Source: Candidatus Saccharimonadota bacterium (GTDB taxonomy: Bacteria > Pseudomonadota > Alphaproteobacteria > Rickettsiales > Anaplasmataceae). Taken from it: a stretch of DNA of 32,000 bases. The number at the start of each line of letters is the position of its first letter. Positions within the stretch are counted from its first letter, which is position 1. A program made the position numbers and the translations under genes. The notes under the pieces are model-generated. The model saw only the letters and a list, made by a program, of their open reading frames with translations. It searched no databases and was not told where the DNA came from. The stretch spans positions 30,001 to 62,000 of the forward strand of contig CP085695.1 in NCBI GenBank assembly GCA_029715105.1, written 5' to 3'. Of the stretch, positions 9,629 through 19,876 are shown in pieces.

Positions 9629-11980
9629 TTAAATTCCTGCCTCAATAGAGAATTGAATATTATTTGACGATGGTATATCATAAGATTCTTTAACTAAAGG
9701 GAAGCCAAAATCTAATCTAAATCTACCTCCAAAAGGAGAAGGTATTGAAAAACCAAAACCTGGTGAAACTCTTACGAGTTTACTATCATTATATGATTCT
9801 TTCTTTTTGTATTTGTTTTTATTATCAAAACCGAAAAGTGTTGCATAATCAATAAAGAACGAACCTTTAATACCAATATAATTATATAATTTCGACAGTG
9901 GAAAGTCTATTTGCTGTGTTAAGTTAAAATAAGTTTTACCTCCTAATGAGTTTTTATTTTTTGTCCTTGGTCCAATACCGGAAAGATCAAATCCTCTAAT
10001 TTCATTACCACCTTTAAAAAAATGTTGATCAACATTTAGTGGTTTTTCAGTATAAGAAAAAATGTAACCTCCTGCCACTTTAAGGCGTATTATTGTTTCA
10101 ATATCAATTATAGGATGAGTGTAAAAAAGTAAAAACTCAGATTTAAGGAAATTTACATTTCCTCCAAGTCCGGAAAGGTCTTGATTTAAACGTAGTAAAT
10201 AACCTTTTTTTGGAAGATATAAGTTATCTAATTTATTATACGCTAGTGTATATCCTATTGATGAAATGTTATATTTATCTCTTCTCTCTAATATCTTATA
10301 GAGGTTACTGATATTTTCTTCTTCATTGTTATTGTCTAAGTATAGATTACTATGTTTGTAAAAATATCGAAGTAAATTAGTTAAATTTTCTGTAATTTTA
10401 TATGATAATTTTGTGGAAAATCCAATATTATAGCTATTAAAAGTAACATTTGGTTTATTTTGTTTTTCGTAGAATGTTCCTATACTTAGTGATGTATCAG
10501 AATCGTTGAAATTATTTTCAATGATTTCTAAATTAGATGAAAACATGTGTCGGCTTTTTTCGATAGTAAAGGATATTTCTTTTCCTCTACCAAATAAATT
10601 TGGATCTTTAAAATCGGTTTTAAAGAATGTTTCACCAGGAAAATATATACCACCTCCTAAATATAATGAGGTAGTGTTTTTTTCTTTAACATCTAAGTTA
10701 AGATTTATTGTGTTATCATCAATTGCATAGTTATCCATTTTTACTGATTCAAAAAAACCTGTATTAATTAATTTTTTATATGATTTCTGAATTTCAGATA
10801 TATTATACGTATCACCTTCTACTATATCTAGTTTATTTCTAATCACCTTGTCTAAAGTACGATTATTACCATTTATTGTAATTTGGTTTATATATTTTTT
10901 TTTGCCAGGTAGTACTTTATAAGTAACATTTATTACATTGTCAAATTCTATATATTCCGGATCAACTCTTGCAGAAATATATCCCTTTTCACTTAAATAT
11001 TTGCTTATTTTTTCTATTGTATTTAGAACAACAATTTTGTTGAATACTTTATTATTTTTTTTATTTATGTTTATTATTTTTAATATTTCTGCTTTTAGGT
11101 TTTGATCTTGGATTTCGGATTCTTCAAAATTAATTTGACTACTTCCAAATAGATATTGTTTTCCTTCATCAATTAAAAAAGTTAATATGATTTGATAGTC
11201 ATTATCGATTTCAGCAATTGGTTGAATATTATTATTAATATATCCCTTAGAAGAATAGAAGTGATTAAGCAGTTCTTCGCTAATTAATAAATATTGAGAT
11301 AAATGATGATTTTTATTTTTAAATAACTTGCTAAATATATTATTGTTACTTTGTATGTTGATAACTTGTTTTAAATTGCTTTCTGGAAAATTTTTGTTTC
11401 CTATAAATTTTATGCTTTTAATTCTAGATATTTTGCCTTCTTGTACTTTAAAGATTAAGTTGATTTGATTGTTATCAAGTTTATCTAATTCATATTTAAT
11501 TTTAGTGTTAATCCTATCATTATTTCTATATGCTGTAATTAAATTAAGTAAATCGTTTTGTAGTTTTGTTTTAGTGAAAATAGTTGATGGTTTTGATTGA
11601 ATTATATTGTTTATTATTTCTTTGCTTTTGAATAATTTATTACCTTTTAGTGATATTTTATTAATTAATGGATTTTCTTTAATTTTTATTACTAAGTTTT
11701 TTTTGTCGTCAATATAAGCATTAATATTAGCAAATAATTTAGTTCTATATAGTTTTTTTATAATTAAATTAATGTCATCATTATTTATATAACTGTTAGA
11801 TTTTAATTTTGTATAAAATTTTATTGTTTGAGTACTGATTCGTTCATTGCCAAGACACTTGATATCTTTTATCTGTATTTGTGTTTTTTTTTTGTCTTCT
11901 TCTAAGGCACCAAGTAGTATAGTGGGAACTAAGATAAAAATTGCTGTTAATACATATTTTTTTAAAACACGTTTTTTCAT
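9629..11980 (-). CDS. bamA: outer membrane protein assembly factor BamA (Omp85)
   Basis: 783 aa with signal peptide MKKRVLKKYVLTAIFILVPTILLGA. Repeated POTRA-like modules are followed by a C-terminal beta-barrel with alternating aromatic and hydrophobic strands, ending ...NNIQFSIEAGI. Confidence 0.93.
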   Translation of the reverse strand: MKKRVLKKYVLTAIFILVPTILLGALEEDKKKTQIQIKDIKCLGNERISTQTIKFYTKLKSNSYINNDDINLIIKKLYRTKLFANINAYIDDKKNLVIKIKENPLINKISLKGNKLFKSKEIINNIIQSKPSTIFTKTKLQNDLLNLITAYRNNDRINTKIKYELDKLDNNQINLIFKVQEGKISRIKSIKFIGNKNFPESNLKQVINIQSNNNIFSKLFKNKNHHLSQYLLISEELLNHFYSSKGYINNNIQPIAEIDNDYQIILTFLIDEGKQYLFGSSQINFEESEIQDQNLKAEILKIININKKNNKVFNKIVVLNTIEKISKYLSEKGYISARVDPEYIEFDNVINVTYKVLPGKKKYINQITINGNNRTLDKVIRNKLDIVEGDTYNISEIQKSYKKLINTGFFESVKMDNYAIDDNTINLNLDVKEKNTTSLYLGGGIYFPGETFFKTDFKDPNLFGRGKEISFTIEKSRHMFSSNLEIIENNFNDSDTSLSIGTFYEKQNKPNVTFNSYNIGFSTKLSYKITENLTNLLRYFYKHSNLYLDNNNEEENISNLYKILERRDKYNISSIGYTLAYNKLDNLYLPKKGYLLRLNQDLSGLGGNVNFLKSEFLLFYTHPIIDIETIIRLKVAGGYIFSYTEKPLNVDQHFFKGGNEIRGFDLSGIGPRTKNKNSLGGKTYFNLTQQIDFPLSKLYNYIGIKGSFFIDYATLFGFDNKNKYKKKESYNDSKLVRVSPGFGFSIPSPFGGRFRLDFGFPLVKESYDIPSSNNIQFSIEAGI

Positions 11981-11985
11981 AATTT

Positions 11986-13179
11986 TTATTTTGAAAAGAG
12001 ATGTTTGATATCATTCAAAATTGCAATTACCATTAATAAAAGTAATATCGCAGCTCCAAGAGTAGCTGAGTATTTATAATATTTTGGACTTAGATCTCTA
12101 CGTATAATTGATTCTATAATATAATTAAATAAGTGTCCACCATCAAGTAATGGGATTGGTAGTAAGTTAACCGCGGCTAGAGTAGATGAAAGGATAGCCA
12201 CAAAGTATAGGACCATATTAAATCCCTTTTTAAATGATTGTCCTGAGTATTTTGCAATTTTTACTGGTCCACCTATTTCATTTATACTTCTTTTACCAAT
12301 AAGAATTTGAAAGAGAGCTTTTATTGTTAAATACATGGTGTGGTAAGTTTCATTTAATGATAAATTTACAGCTCCTAGGAAAGATGACTGGTCTAATCCT
12401 GACATATTAATTGAGGTGATTCCTAAAACTCTTCCCATTGTAATATTAGAATTAGAAGTGTCTTTAATTATTGATGGAGTTAGTACAACTCTATACTCTT
12501 TGTTGTTTCGATTATATTTAATTTCTACTTTTTTTTCGGGGTTTGATCTTATTACGCGTGAAATATCTTCAAAATATTTAATTTTGTACTCATTGATTTG
12601 AGTGATAATATCTCCTGGCATTAAACCAGCTTCTTCCGCAGCGCTACCATTAATTATATTTTCAATTATTGGTGGAGTATTATAATAGTAACCTGCTTTA
12701 CTAAAAAATATTGTAAAAGCTACAATAGAGAGAGCAATATTTGCAAATGGTCCAGCAAAAACTATTGCTGCCTTTTTATATCGTGGTTTTGTGTGAAGTG
12801 AATATAATTTTTCTTGCTCGGTTAATTTTTGTTGACTTGCTGTCATACTAGTTATGTTACTATCTCCAAACATTTTAACATAACCACCGAGCGGGATAGT
12901 ACTTAGTTTCCATTTAGTTCCAGATTTATCATAAAAAACAAAAATTTCGGGGCCAAATCCTATAGAAAAAGACTCAATTTTAACTTTGCATGCTTTGGCG
13001 CTAATATAATGTCCGTATTCATGAACGAACACTACAATTGAGATGATTAAAGCAAATGAAAAAAGACTATATATTCCATCACTAAGTTGATGAATAAGAT
13101 TAGAAATTAATTCCACCTCTATTTTAGAGATACTACAAATTATAAGTACAAGTGTATTAAAATATGCTTCACTTGACAA
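11986..13179 (-). CDS. rseP: RIP zinc metalloprotease RseP (site-2 protease)
   Basis: HEYGH zinc motif, an internal PDZ-like region (GSAAEEAGLMPGDIITQIN) and the NLLPIPLLDGGH motif. The ORF has no in-frame ATG near its 5' end. The start is either TTG at 13179 or the GTG about 21 codons downstream, so the start is uncertain. Confidence 0.9.
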   Translation of the reverse strand: MSSEAYFNTLVLIICSISKIEVELISNLIHQLSDGIYSLFSFALIISIVVFVHEYGHYISAKACKVKIESFSIGFGPEIFVFYDKSGTKWKLSTIPLGGYVKMFGDSNITSMTASQQKLTEQEKLYSLHTKPRYKKAAIVFAGPFANIALSIVAFTIFFSKAGYYYNTPPIIENIINGSAAEEAGLMPGDIITQINEYKIKYFEDISRVIRSNPEKKVEIKYNRNNKEYRVVLTPSIIKDTSNSNITMGRVLGITSINMSGLDQSSFLGAVNLSLNETYHTMYLTIKALFQILIGKRSINEIGGPVKIAKYSGQSFKKGFNMVLYFVAILSSTLAAVNLLPIPLLDGGHLFNYIIESIIRRDLSPKYYKYSATLGAAILLLLMVIAILNDIKHLFSK

Positions 13180-13232
13180 GTGTTTAATTTAACCTCTAAA
13201 TTTAGAAAGGTTTAACAAAATTATATGAGAAT

Positions 13233-13499
13233 ATGAAAGACATTTCCTCATTAAGAAGGAAATTAGTGTATAGGAGTTGGCATAGAGGTTGTAGAGAAAT
13301 GGATTTGTTTTTAGGGCACTTTGCTGTAAAATATCTTGATAGGTTTTCTTTAGATGAGTTAATTGAATATGAAAAAATAATTAATCTTGATGATTATGAA
13401 TTATATTGTTATATATTTTTCAGAGTGGATCTTCCTTTCAATTTAGATATTAAAATGATGGGTTTGATTATTAATTTTATTAAAAATTTGCATATTTAA
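13233..13499 (+). CDS. sdhE: succinate dehydrogenase flavinylation/assembly factor SdhE (SDHAF2/DUF339 family)
   Basis: 88 aa, with LVYRSWHRGCREMDLFLGHF containing the family RGxxE motif. Confidence 0.8.
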   Translation: MKDISSLRRKLVYRSWHRGCREMDLFLGHFAVKYLDRFSLDELIEYEKIINLDDYELYCYIFFRVDLPFNLDIKMMGLIINFIKNLHI

Positions 13500-13514
13500 C
13501 GCTTATTACTTTAT

Positions 13515-13550
13515 TGATATAGAATTCGTAAATTCTATATTGATTTTCTT
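13515..13550 (+). terminator. candidate rho-independent terminator after sdhE
   Basis: Perfect 10-bp inverted repeat ATATAGAATT (13517-13526) / AATTCTATAT (13531-13540) with loop CGTA, followed by the T-rich TGATTTTCTTTTC. The stem is almost all A-T, so it is thermodynamically weak. Confidence 0.4.
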
Positions 13551-14015
13551 TTCATTTTTGAAGGTTTTCTTTTTAAGTTTTGTTTTATTGAGAAAAATAT
13601 TATTATGATAATGTTCTTCTCTTTTAATTTAGATTTTTGTTACCAAATTATGTAGATAAATATAGAATAACGATATTATCGCCTTAAAAGTTTAAATTTT
13701 TATTTTATCCATTTAAAAATGGACTTTTTAAGCATAATAATTTTAAAATGTATTTAAAATATTTTTATGAAAAATTTCTGCGGTGTAGGAAATTTTTTGT
13801 TATCAATCTTAATTGGAAAGAACTAAAATTTTTAATTTTAACTTTTTATTTATAGGTAATATGATAATGCTCAAAAATGTTTAAAAATTTTGATTATAAT
13901 CAGTATCTTTTTTGTGAAGGTTTTTTGTATATTCTATAATATATATTGTAATGAATAGATATTATAATAAGAAATTTATTGCATTTTATTTTATTAGATA
14001 AAACATCTAGTTGTT

Positions 14016-15662
14016 TTATTTAGCGGATAATATTATATTGTACTTTTCAATTTTTAATACTTCAGCTTCTATTTTTTCTGATATAGAAAACTTTTTATTT
14101 TCTGGTAGATGTTCTTGGGTTATTAAGAGAGTTACGTTATTTTCTACTTCGACAATCAGTCCATTATCTTCTTTTTTACTTACGGTAACATATCTTTTAT
14201 CTCCTATTTTAAGTTTTTTTATTAACTCTATAAGAGGATCGTATTCTATTTGCTTTATACCAAGGTAAATTCTTGCTCGGTTTACGTTAACTTTTATTAC
14301 TTTTGCTTTTATTATATTACCTATATTATATTTCTTTAGTACCTCATCATCTGAAACGGTTTTGGACCAACTTAAGTCTTGTATATTGATTGTTCCTTCA
14401 ATGTTTTTGTCTATTTCGTCATCATTAAAAGTAACAGAAATATATGAACCAGTGTTATTTTTAATTATGCAAGAAATAATAGAACCAGGAGGATATTTAT
14501 TAACAAATATTTGCCAAGGATTATCTGTGCATCTTTTTATACTCAAACTCATTCTATTTTTAGAAGAATCAATGCTAAGGATTTTTACAAGTACTTCTTG
14601 CCCTCTAACTACAAAGTTATTAACAGGTAGGCTATTCCTAATCCATGTTATTTCTGATGAGTGAACTAAACCCTCGACTCCTGGTTGAAGTTCAACAAAT
14701 AGTCCATAATCTTCTATACTTGTTATATGTCCTTTGTGGAGACTATCAATTGGATATTTTAATTCTATGTTTTGCCAAGGATTATCTTCTAATTGTTTTA
14801 TACCTAAAGAAACTTTCGCATTTTCCTTGTCTATTTTTATGATTTTGACTTTAATAATTTGACCACAAACGAAGACTGCAGATGGGTGACTTACTCTACT
14901 CCAAGAGATATCTGTAATATGTAGTAATCCATCTATAATTCCTACTTCATTAGATTCATGAATACCAACAAATACACCATAATGAGTAATACTTTTTATT
15001 TTCCCCTCTATGACATCGCCCTCGTTTAAAGATTCTAGAAATTTATTTTTCTCATTAGCGTGCAATTTTTCTAATACGAGTTTTCTTGATACTACAATAT
15101 TGCCTTGTTTTTTATCCATTTTAAGTATGATAAAGTTTTGCTTAGTCTCAATAAGATGTCTGACATCTTTTAACTGCTTTATATCAATGTGACTAAGTGG
15201 TAGAAAAGCATTTATTCCGTCTCCTAGATCAACAATAAAGCCACATTTGATTGAGCGTTTAATAATTCCACTGATCTCAGTTTTTGTGACTGCATTTTTT
15301 TCTAGTTCATGCCATTTTTCATCTCTAATTGCTTTTTCACGGCTAAGAATCACATTACCATGATAATCTTCAATTTTTTCCACATAAACTCTAATTCTAG
15401 AACCGATAAAAATTTTATCATTATGATTAAGTTCTTTAATTGGAATTTTTCCGTCAGATTTCAAGCCAACATCAATTACAATATCATTGGGATTTATTCG
15501 TATGACCACACCTTCTACTATATCTCCTTCATTAATATTACTAATAAAGGAATTTTCAAGTATGAGATCGTTATTTTGTTTTTCAAACTTGTCTTGATGT
15601 ATATTTTCTACGAATCTATTTGATGATAATTTTTTTATGCTAATCAATTTGCTATTGTTCAT
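14016..15662 (-). CDS. rpsA: 30S ribosomal protein S1
   Basis: Six S1-domain repeats, for example GDIVEGVVIRI, GDVIEGKIKSITHYGVFVGI and HKGHITSIEDYGLFVEL. The ORF-track start at 15725 is a TTG. The first ATG, at 15662 (MNNSKLISIKKL...), is the more likely start. Confidence 0.93.
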   Translation of the reverse strand: MNNSKLISIKKLSSNRFVENIHQDKFEKQNNDLILENSFISNINEGDIVEGVVIRINPNDIVIDVGLKSDGKIPIKELNHNDKIFIGSRIRVYVEKIEDYHGNVILSREKAIRDEKWHELEKNAVTKTEISGIIKRSIKCGFIVDLGDGINAFLPLSHIDIKQLKDVRHLIETKQNFIILKMDKKQGNIVVSRKLVLEKLHANEKNKFLESLNEGDVIEGKIKSITHYGVFVGIHESNEVGIIDGLLHITDISWSRVSHPSAVFVCGQIIKVKIIKIDKENAKVSLGIKQLEDNPWQNIELKYPIDSLHKGHITSIEDYGLFVELQPGVEGLVHSSEITWIRNSLPVNNFVVRGQEVLVKILSIDSSKNRMSLSIKRCTDNPWQIFVNKYPPGSIISCIIKNNTGSYISVTFNDDEIDKNIEGTINIQDLSWSKTVSDDEVLKKYNIGNIIKAKVIKVNVNRARIYLGIKQIEYDPLIELIKKLKIGDKRYVTVSKKEDNGLIVEVENNVTLLITQEHLPENKKFSISEKIEAEVLKIEKYNIILSAK

Positions 15663-16190
15663 ATAACAAGCTCTTTTTAATTTTATTGGACCCGTTGTCT
15701 GAAAATAATATATATTAAATGCCAATACAACAAGTAATTTTATTAACTTATATTATGGGATTTAGTATTATACTATATAAGCGATTATATTTATGTTTTT
15801 ATGTAAAGTAGTTTATTTGCGATTTAATTTATTTAAAGTTTTATAAGTTTTAGAGAAGTTTTAAAGTAAGAGTTATTATTGTGAATTTAGAGCGTTTAGT
15901 GTGTAGGATATACAAAAGGTAAATATAATAGAAATTATTGAAAATAGGAAAAACATAAACATTTTATTTTATGTTATTAAGTAATTGACAATTTAATTTT
16001 TAGTTTTTGTATTTTGGTTAAAGATGATGATATAAGTCATGTAGAAATTAAAAATAATGTGTTTTTGAGTAAACTTACTTTAATATCAAAATTTAAATGA
16101 GAGGGAGTTTTCTAAAATTCTAACTTTTAATTGTTAAATAATGAAGTCCAATTTTTAAAAACTTTCAGGAAACTATACAGAAGTTATGAA

Positions 16191-16264
16191 TGTGCCCGGT
16201 AGGATTCGAACCTACGACTCACAGCTTAGAAGGCTATTGCTCTATCCAGCTGAGCTACGGGCAC
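16191..16264 (-). tRNA. tRNA-Arg (anticodon UCU)
   Basis: The reverse complement reads GTGCCCGTAGCTCAGCTGGATAGAGCAATAGCCTTCTAAGCTGTGAGTCGTAGGTTCGAATCCTACCGGGCACA. It has a 7-bp acceptor stem, D arm GCTC/GAGC, anticodon loop CTTCTAA and T arm GTAGG-TTCGAAT-CCTAC. No CCA is encoded. Confidence 0.95.
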
Positions 16265-16420
16265 TATTTTATATATAACATAAAATGCTTTTTAATTAAT
16301 TTGAAGTCAAGATTAAATTTCGTTTTTATGAAATTTAAGTACAATTTATATTGTATTGTTGTAATAATTGATAAATATAATATGGGTCTCTAAAATAAGA
16401 AAGTTTTATTTTAAAATAAA

Positions 16421-17119
16421 ATGGCAAATGAGTGTGTTAAAATTGCATCTTCTATAATTTCTGCAGATTTTTCAAAACTAGGAGAGGAGATAAGTAAGAT
16501 TAGTAATTTAGATATAGATTATATACATATAGATGTTATGGATGGGAACTTTGTACCAAATATTACAATTGGTCCTGATGTTATTTCTGCAATACGCAGG
16601 TATAGTAGTCTTCCTTTTGATGTACATTTAATGACTAGGTCACCTAGTAGTTATATAGAAAATATTATAAATTCTGGTGCTGACATCATTACAGTACATG
16701 CGGAAGCAGAAGTACATATTGATAGATTAGTTAAAAAAATAAAGTCATGTAGAAATGTGAATGATGTAAAAAAAACTATTCAGGTTGGAATTTCAATTGT
16801 CCCTTCAACTCCTCCAAGTGTTCTTGAGTATATAATACACGAATTAGATATCGTATTAATTATGACGGTTAATCCTGGATTTAGTGGACAGAAATTTATT
16901 CATTCGCAATTACATAAGATATCTTTTATAAGAAAGATGATAGAAGATCGCAATCTTAAGACGCAAATTTCAGTAGATGGGGGAATAAATATTCTAAATG
17001 CAGCTGATATAGTAAAAGCTGGTGCAAATATTTTGGTTGCTGGATCAGCAATATTTAGAACTGGAAATATAAGTAAAGCTATAAGCGATTTAAAGTTAGC
17101 AGCCATGAATGGAGGGTAG
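16421..17119 (+). CDS. rpe: ribulose-phosphate 3-epimerase
   Basis: 232 aa with HIDVMDGNFVPNITIG, MTVNPGFSGQKF and SVDGGIN motifs. Confidence 0.93.
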   Translation: MANECVKIASSIISADFSKLGEEISKISNLDIDYIHIDVMDGNFVPNITIGPDVISAIRRYSSLPFDVHLMTRSPSSYIENIINSGADIITVHAEAEVHIDRLVKKIKSCRNVNDVKKTIQVGISIVPSTPPSVLEYIIHELDIVLIMTVNPGFSGQKFIHSQLHKISFIRKMIEDRNLKTQISVDGGINILNAADIVKAGANILVAGSAIFRTGNISKAISDLKLAAMNGG

Positions 17120-17130
17120 TCATTTTAATT

Positions 17131-17231
17131 GAGAAAAAACTTCTAACAAAGGTGTTACAACATGTCTTACTATGCCCTAATTATAGAGACACCTTGTGTG
17201 CGCGTGTATGACTAACTATGTCTTGTTAGAA
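17131..17231 (-). terminator. nested hairpin followed by a U-tract on the minus strand; probable pnp terminator or 3'-derived structured RNA
   Basis: TTCTAACAA (17141-17149) pairs with TTGTTAGAA (17223-17231), and AAGGTGT (17149-17155) pairs with ACACCTT (17189-17195). The two stems share base 17149. Read on the minus strand, the closing arm is followed by GTTTTTTCTC (complement of 17131-17140). Confidence 0.35.
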
Positions 17232-17307
17232 TTCCTTCATAACTTCATGTTGAGATTCAGCTTTAAGATTATAATAAACTCTAAATGTAAGCTTTAAATA
17301 AAGGCTT

Positions 17308-19578
17308 TCAATAAAACCTGGAAGATGAATCATTACCACTGAACTGTGATTTATTATTTCTATTATTGAAATTAGAACGAGTGGAACGTGGTCTTTTACG
17401 ATTTCTATTAAGTTTTCTATTGTATGAATTATGATGATTTTTATCGTTTAGACCATCTTTTTTTTTCTCATTATAGAGCTCGCCCTCAAAAAATTCTCCT
17501 GTCTTTTGATCAATCCTACGTCTTGATAGTTTTAAACATCCGCCTTTTTCAAAATCAATTATTAACGCTTTGAATATATCGCCTTGTTTAAGTACATCTT
17601 CAATAGATTCTATATGTTCATTGGCCACTTCACTTATATGCATTTTTCCTTTTCTACCATTAAGAAGTTGAAGTTCTACGATAGATTTATCTATTTTAAT
17701 AACTTTAGCATCAACTATTGTACCTTGTTCTAATTCTGTTATTGAGTCAATTAATAAACTTTTTGCGTTTTCGGCTTCAGAGCTATTTATAGCAAATATA
17801 GAAACTTTACCATTATCCTCTATTTCAATTTTAGCATTGCTTTTTTCACATATACCACGTATATTTTTTCCTTTAGCACCAATAGCTGCGGGAATCTTAT
17901 CCTTATCTATATAAAACGATATTATTCTTGGTGCATGACTTTTTATATCATTGCTATGTTCTGAGATTACCGCGTTCATCTTTTCTAAAATATGCAATCT
18001 TCCTACTTTTGCTTGTTTTAAAGATTTTTCAATAATTTCAAGGTTTATATCGGAAATTTTTACATCCATTTGTAATGCTGTAATTCCCTTACTAGTTCCA
18101 GCTACTTTAAAATCCATATCTCCAAGATAATCTTCATCTCCTATAATATCAGAAAGTATTGCGTATTCGTTTTTATCTTCTCTAATTAGTCCCATAGCAA
18201 TTCCAGCAACAGGAGCTTTTATTGGTACACCCGTATCCATCAAGGCGAGTGAAGTACCGCAAACAGTGGCCATAGAAGAAGATCCGTCTGACTCCATAAT
18301 TTCAGATACTACTCTTATTGTATAAGGGAATTCTGATTTATTAGGTAATACAGGATGAATTGCTTTCCAAGCAAGTCTGCCATGACCTATTTCTCTTCTT
18401 CCTGGTGCGCGTATAGCAGAAGTTTCTCCAATAGCAAATGATGGGAAATTATAATGCAACATAAAATGTTCACGTCTGTCACCTTCGATATCATCTACAA
18501 TTTGTTCGTCTTGTGTAGCACCGAGAGCGGTAACAACCAGTGCCTGGGTATCGCCTCTCGTAAATAGGGCAGAACCGTGAGTTCTGGATAAAATATCTAT
18601 TTCGATTTCTATTTGACGTATCTCATCATATTTACGACCATCTATCCTTATGCCTTTCTTTTTTATTATTTTGCGTAGCAGAGATCTTTCAAAACTTTTT
18701 ATCGCATAAGCAATGAGCTTTTCATCTTTTCCGGATTCTTTGAAGGAATGTAATATATTACATCTAATCTTTTCTAAGGTTTGAACTCTTTGTTGTTTTA
18801 TTGTTTGTAGGTATGCGTTTTCAAATTCTTTACTATATTTAGTAAGACTTCGAATCGTATCTGACTCATTAACACGAATAAATTCTTCAGATTTTTTACC
18901 TACTGTATCTGCAAATTCTTTTATAAGTTTAATAACTGGCTGGAGGTGTTCATGTCCAAATTTTATTGCATTTAGAATATCCTCTTCAGAGAGTTCTTTT
19001 GCTTCTGATTCAATCATTAAAATTGAATGCTCGCTACCAGATAAAAATAAGTCTAAGCTACTTGTTTTTATTTCTTGAACTGAAGGATTGAGTATATACT
19101 TACCGTTCTTATCGTAACAGACGTAAGCTCCAGCTATAGTATGGCAAAGGGGGATACTAGAGATTGCAAGCGCCGCAACAGCACCAGCTAATGCCGGTAC
19201 TTCAGGAGGATTGATGGCATCATAAGTTAATAAGTTACATACTATACTAATTTCATTATAAAAATCCTCTGGAAAAAGAGGTCTTATGCTTCTATCTATT
19301 ATTCTAGAAATTAAAGTTTCTCTATCAGATGGTTTACCTTCTCTTTTAAAAAAGCCACCAGGGATCTTACCCATTGCATAACTTTTTGCAATAAATTGCA
19401 CATTTAATGGAAGGAAGTCAGAATTTTCTTCTTTTTTTCTATGTGTAACAGTTACTAAAATAGAAGTATCTCCGTAGTTTACAACTACTGAACTGTTAGC
19501 TTGACGCGCTATTTTCCCAGTTTCTAAAGATAAGGTACGACCACTCCAATCTATAGATTTTCTTATAATTTTAAACAT
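17308..19578 (-). CDS. pnp: polyribonucleotide nucleotidyltransferase (PNPase)
   Basis: 756 aa with two RNase PH-like cores (GDMDFKVAGT), a KH domain (IGAKGKNIRGICE) and an S1 domain (GTIVDAKVIKIDKSIVELQLL). It ends in a 61-aa Arg/Asn/Lys-rich tail. Confidence 0.96.
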   Translation of the reverse strand: MFKIIRKSIDWSGRTLSLETGKIARQANSSVVVNYGDTSILVTVTHRKKEENSDFLPLNVQFIAKSYAMGKIPGGFFKREGKPSDRETLISRIIDRSIRPLFPEDFYNEISIVCNLLTYDAINPPEVPALAGAVAALAISSIPLCHTIAGAYVCYDKNGKYILNPSVQEIKTSSLDLFLSGSEHSILMIESEAKELSEEDILNAIKFGHEHLQPVIKLIKEFADTVGKKSEEFIRVNESDTIRSLTKYSKEFENAYLQTIKQQRVQTLEKIRCNILHSFKESGKDEKLIAYAIKSFERSLLRKIIKKKGIRIDGRKYDEIRQIEIEIDILSRTHGSALFTRGDTQALVVTALGATQDEQIVDDIEGDRREHFMLHYNFPSFAIGETSAIRAPGRREIGHGRLAWKAIHPVLPNKSEFPYTIRVVSEIMESDGSSSMATVCGTSLALMDTGVPIKAPVAGIAMGLIREDKNEYAILSDIIGDEDYLGDMDFKVAGTSKGITALQMDVKISDINLEIIEKSLKQAKVGRLHILEKMNAVISEHSNDIKSHAPRIISFYIDKDKIPAAIGAKGKNIRGICEKSNAKIEIEDNGKVSIFAINSSEAENAKSLLIDSITELEQGTIVDAKVIKIDKSIVELQLLNGRKGKMHISEVANEHIESIEDVLKQGDIFKALIIDFEKGGCLKLSRRRIDQKTGEFFEGELYNEKKKDGLNDKNHHNSYNRKLNRNRKRPRSTRSNFNNRNNKSQFSGNDSSSRFY

Positions 19579-19603
19579 ACAAAATTCTCCGATTTATTTA
19601 TTT

Positions 19604-19876
19604 TTATTTCCTAATGCCTAATTTTTCTATTAATTTTTGATAAACCTCGTTACCAAACTTATGTTTTATATAATTTAAATGCTTGCGTCTTCTACCTATC
19701 AATATAAGTAAACCTCGCTTAGAATTATGATCATTTTTATGTATTTTGAAATGTTCTGTTAAGTTAATAATTCTCCAAGTTAAAATAGCACACTGTACAA
19801 AGGATGAACCTGTATCATTTTCTTTAATTCTATACATGTTTATTAAATTTCTTTTTTTTTCTAAAGTTATTGACAT
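19604..19876 (-). CDS. rpsO: 30S ribosomal protein S15
   Basis: 90 aa, with [48 protein letters not shown]. It lies 25 nt upstream of pnp, the classic rpsO-pnp arrangement. Confidence 0.95.
   Translation of the reverse strand: MSITLEKKRNLINMYRIKENDTGSSFVQCAILTWRIINLTEHFKIHKNDHNSKRGLLILIGRRRKHLNYIKHKFGNEVYQKLIEKLGIRK

Noticed and set aside
16190-16393. 67-aa plus-strand ORF (MCPVGFEPTTHSLEGYCSIQLSYGH...).
   Set aside because: Its first about 25 codons are simply the antisense of the tRNA-Arg gene (16191-16264). The remainder is AT-rich spacer.
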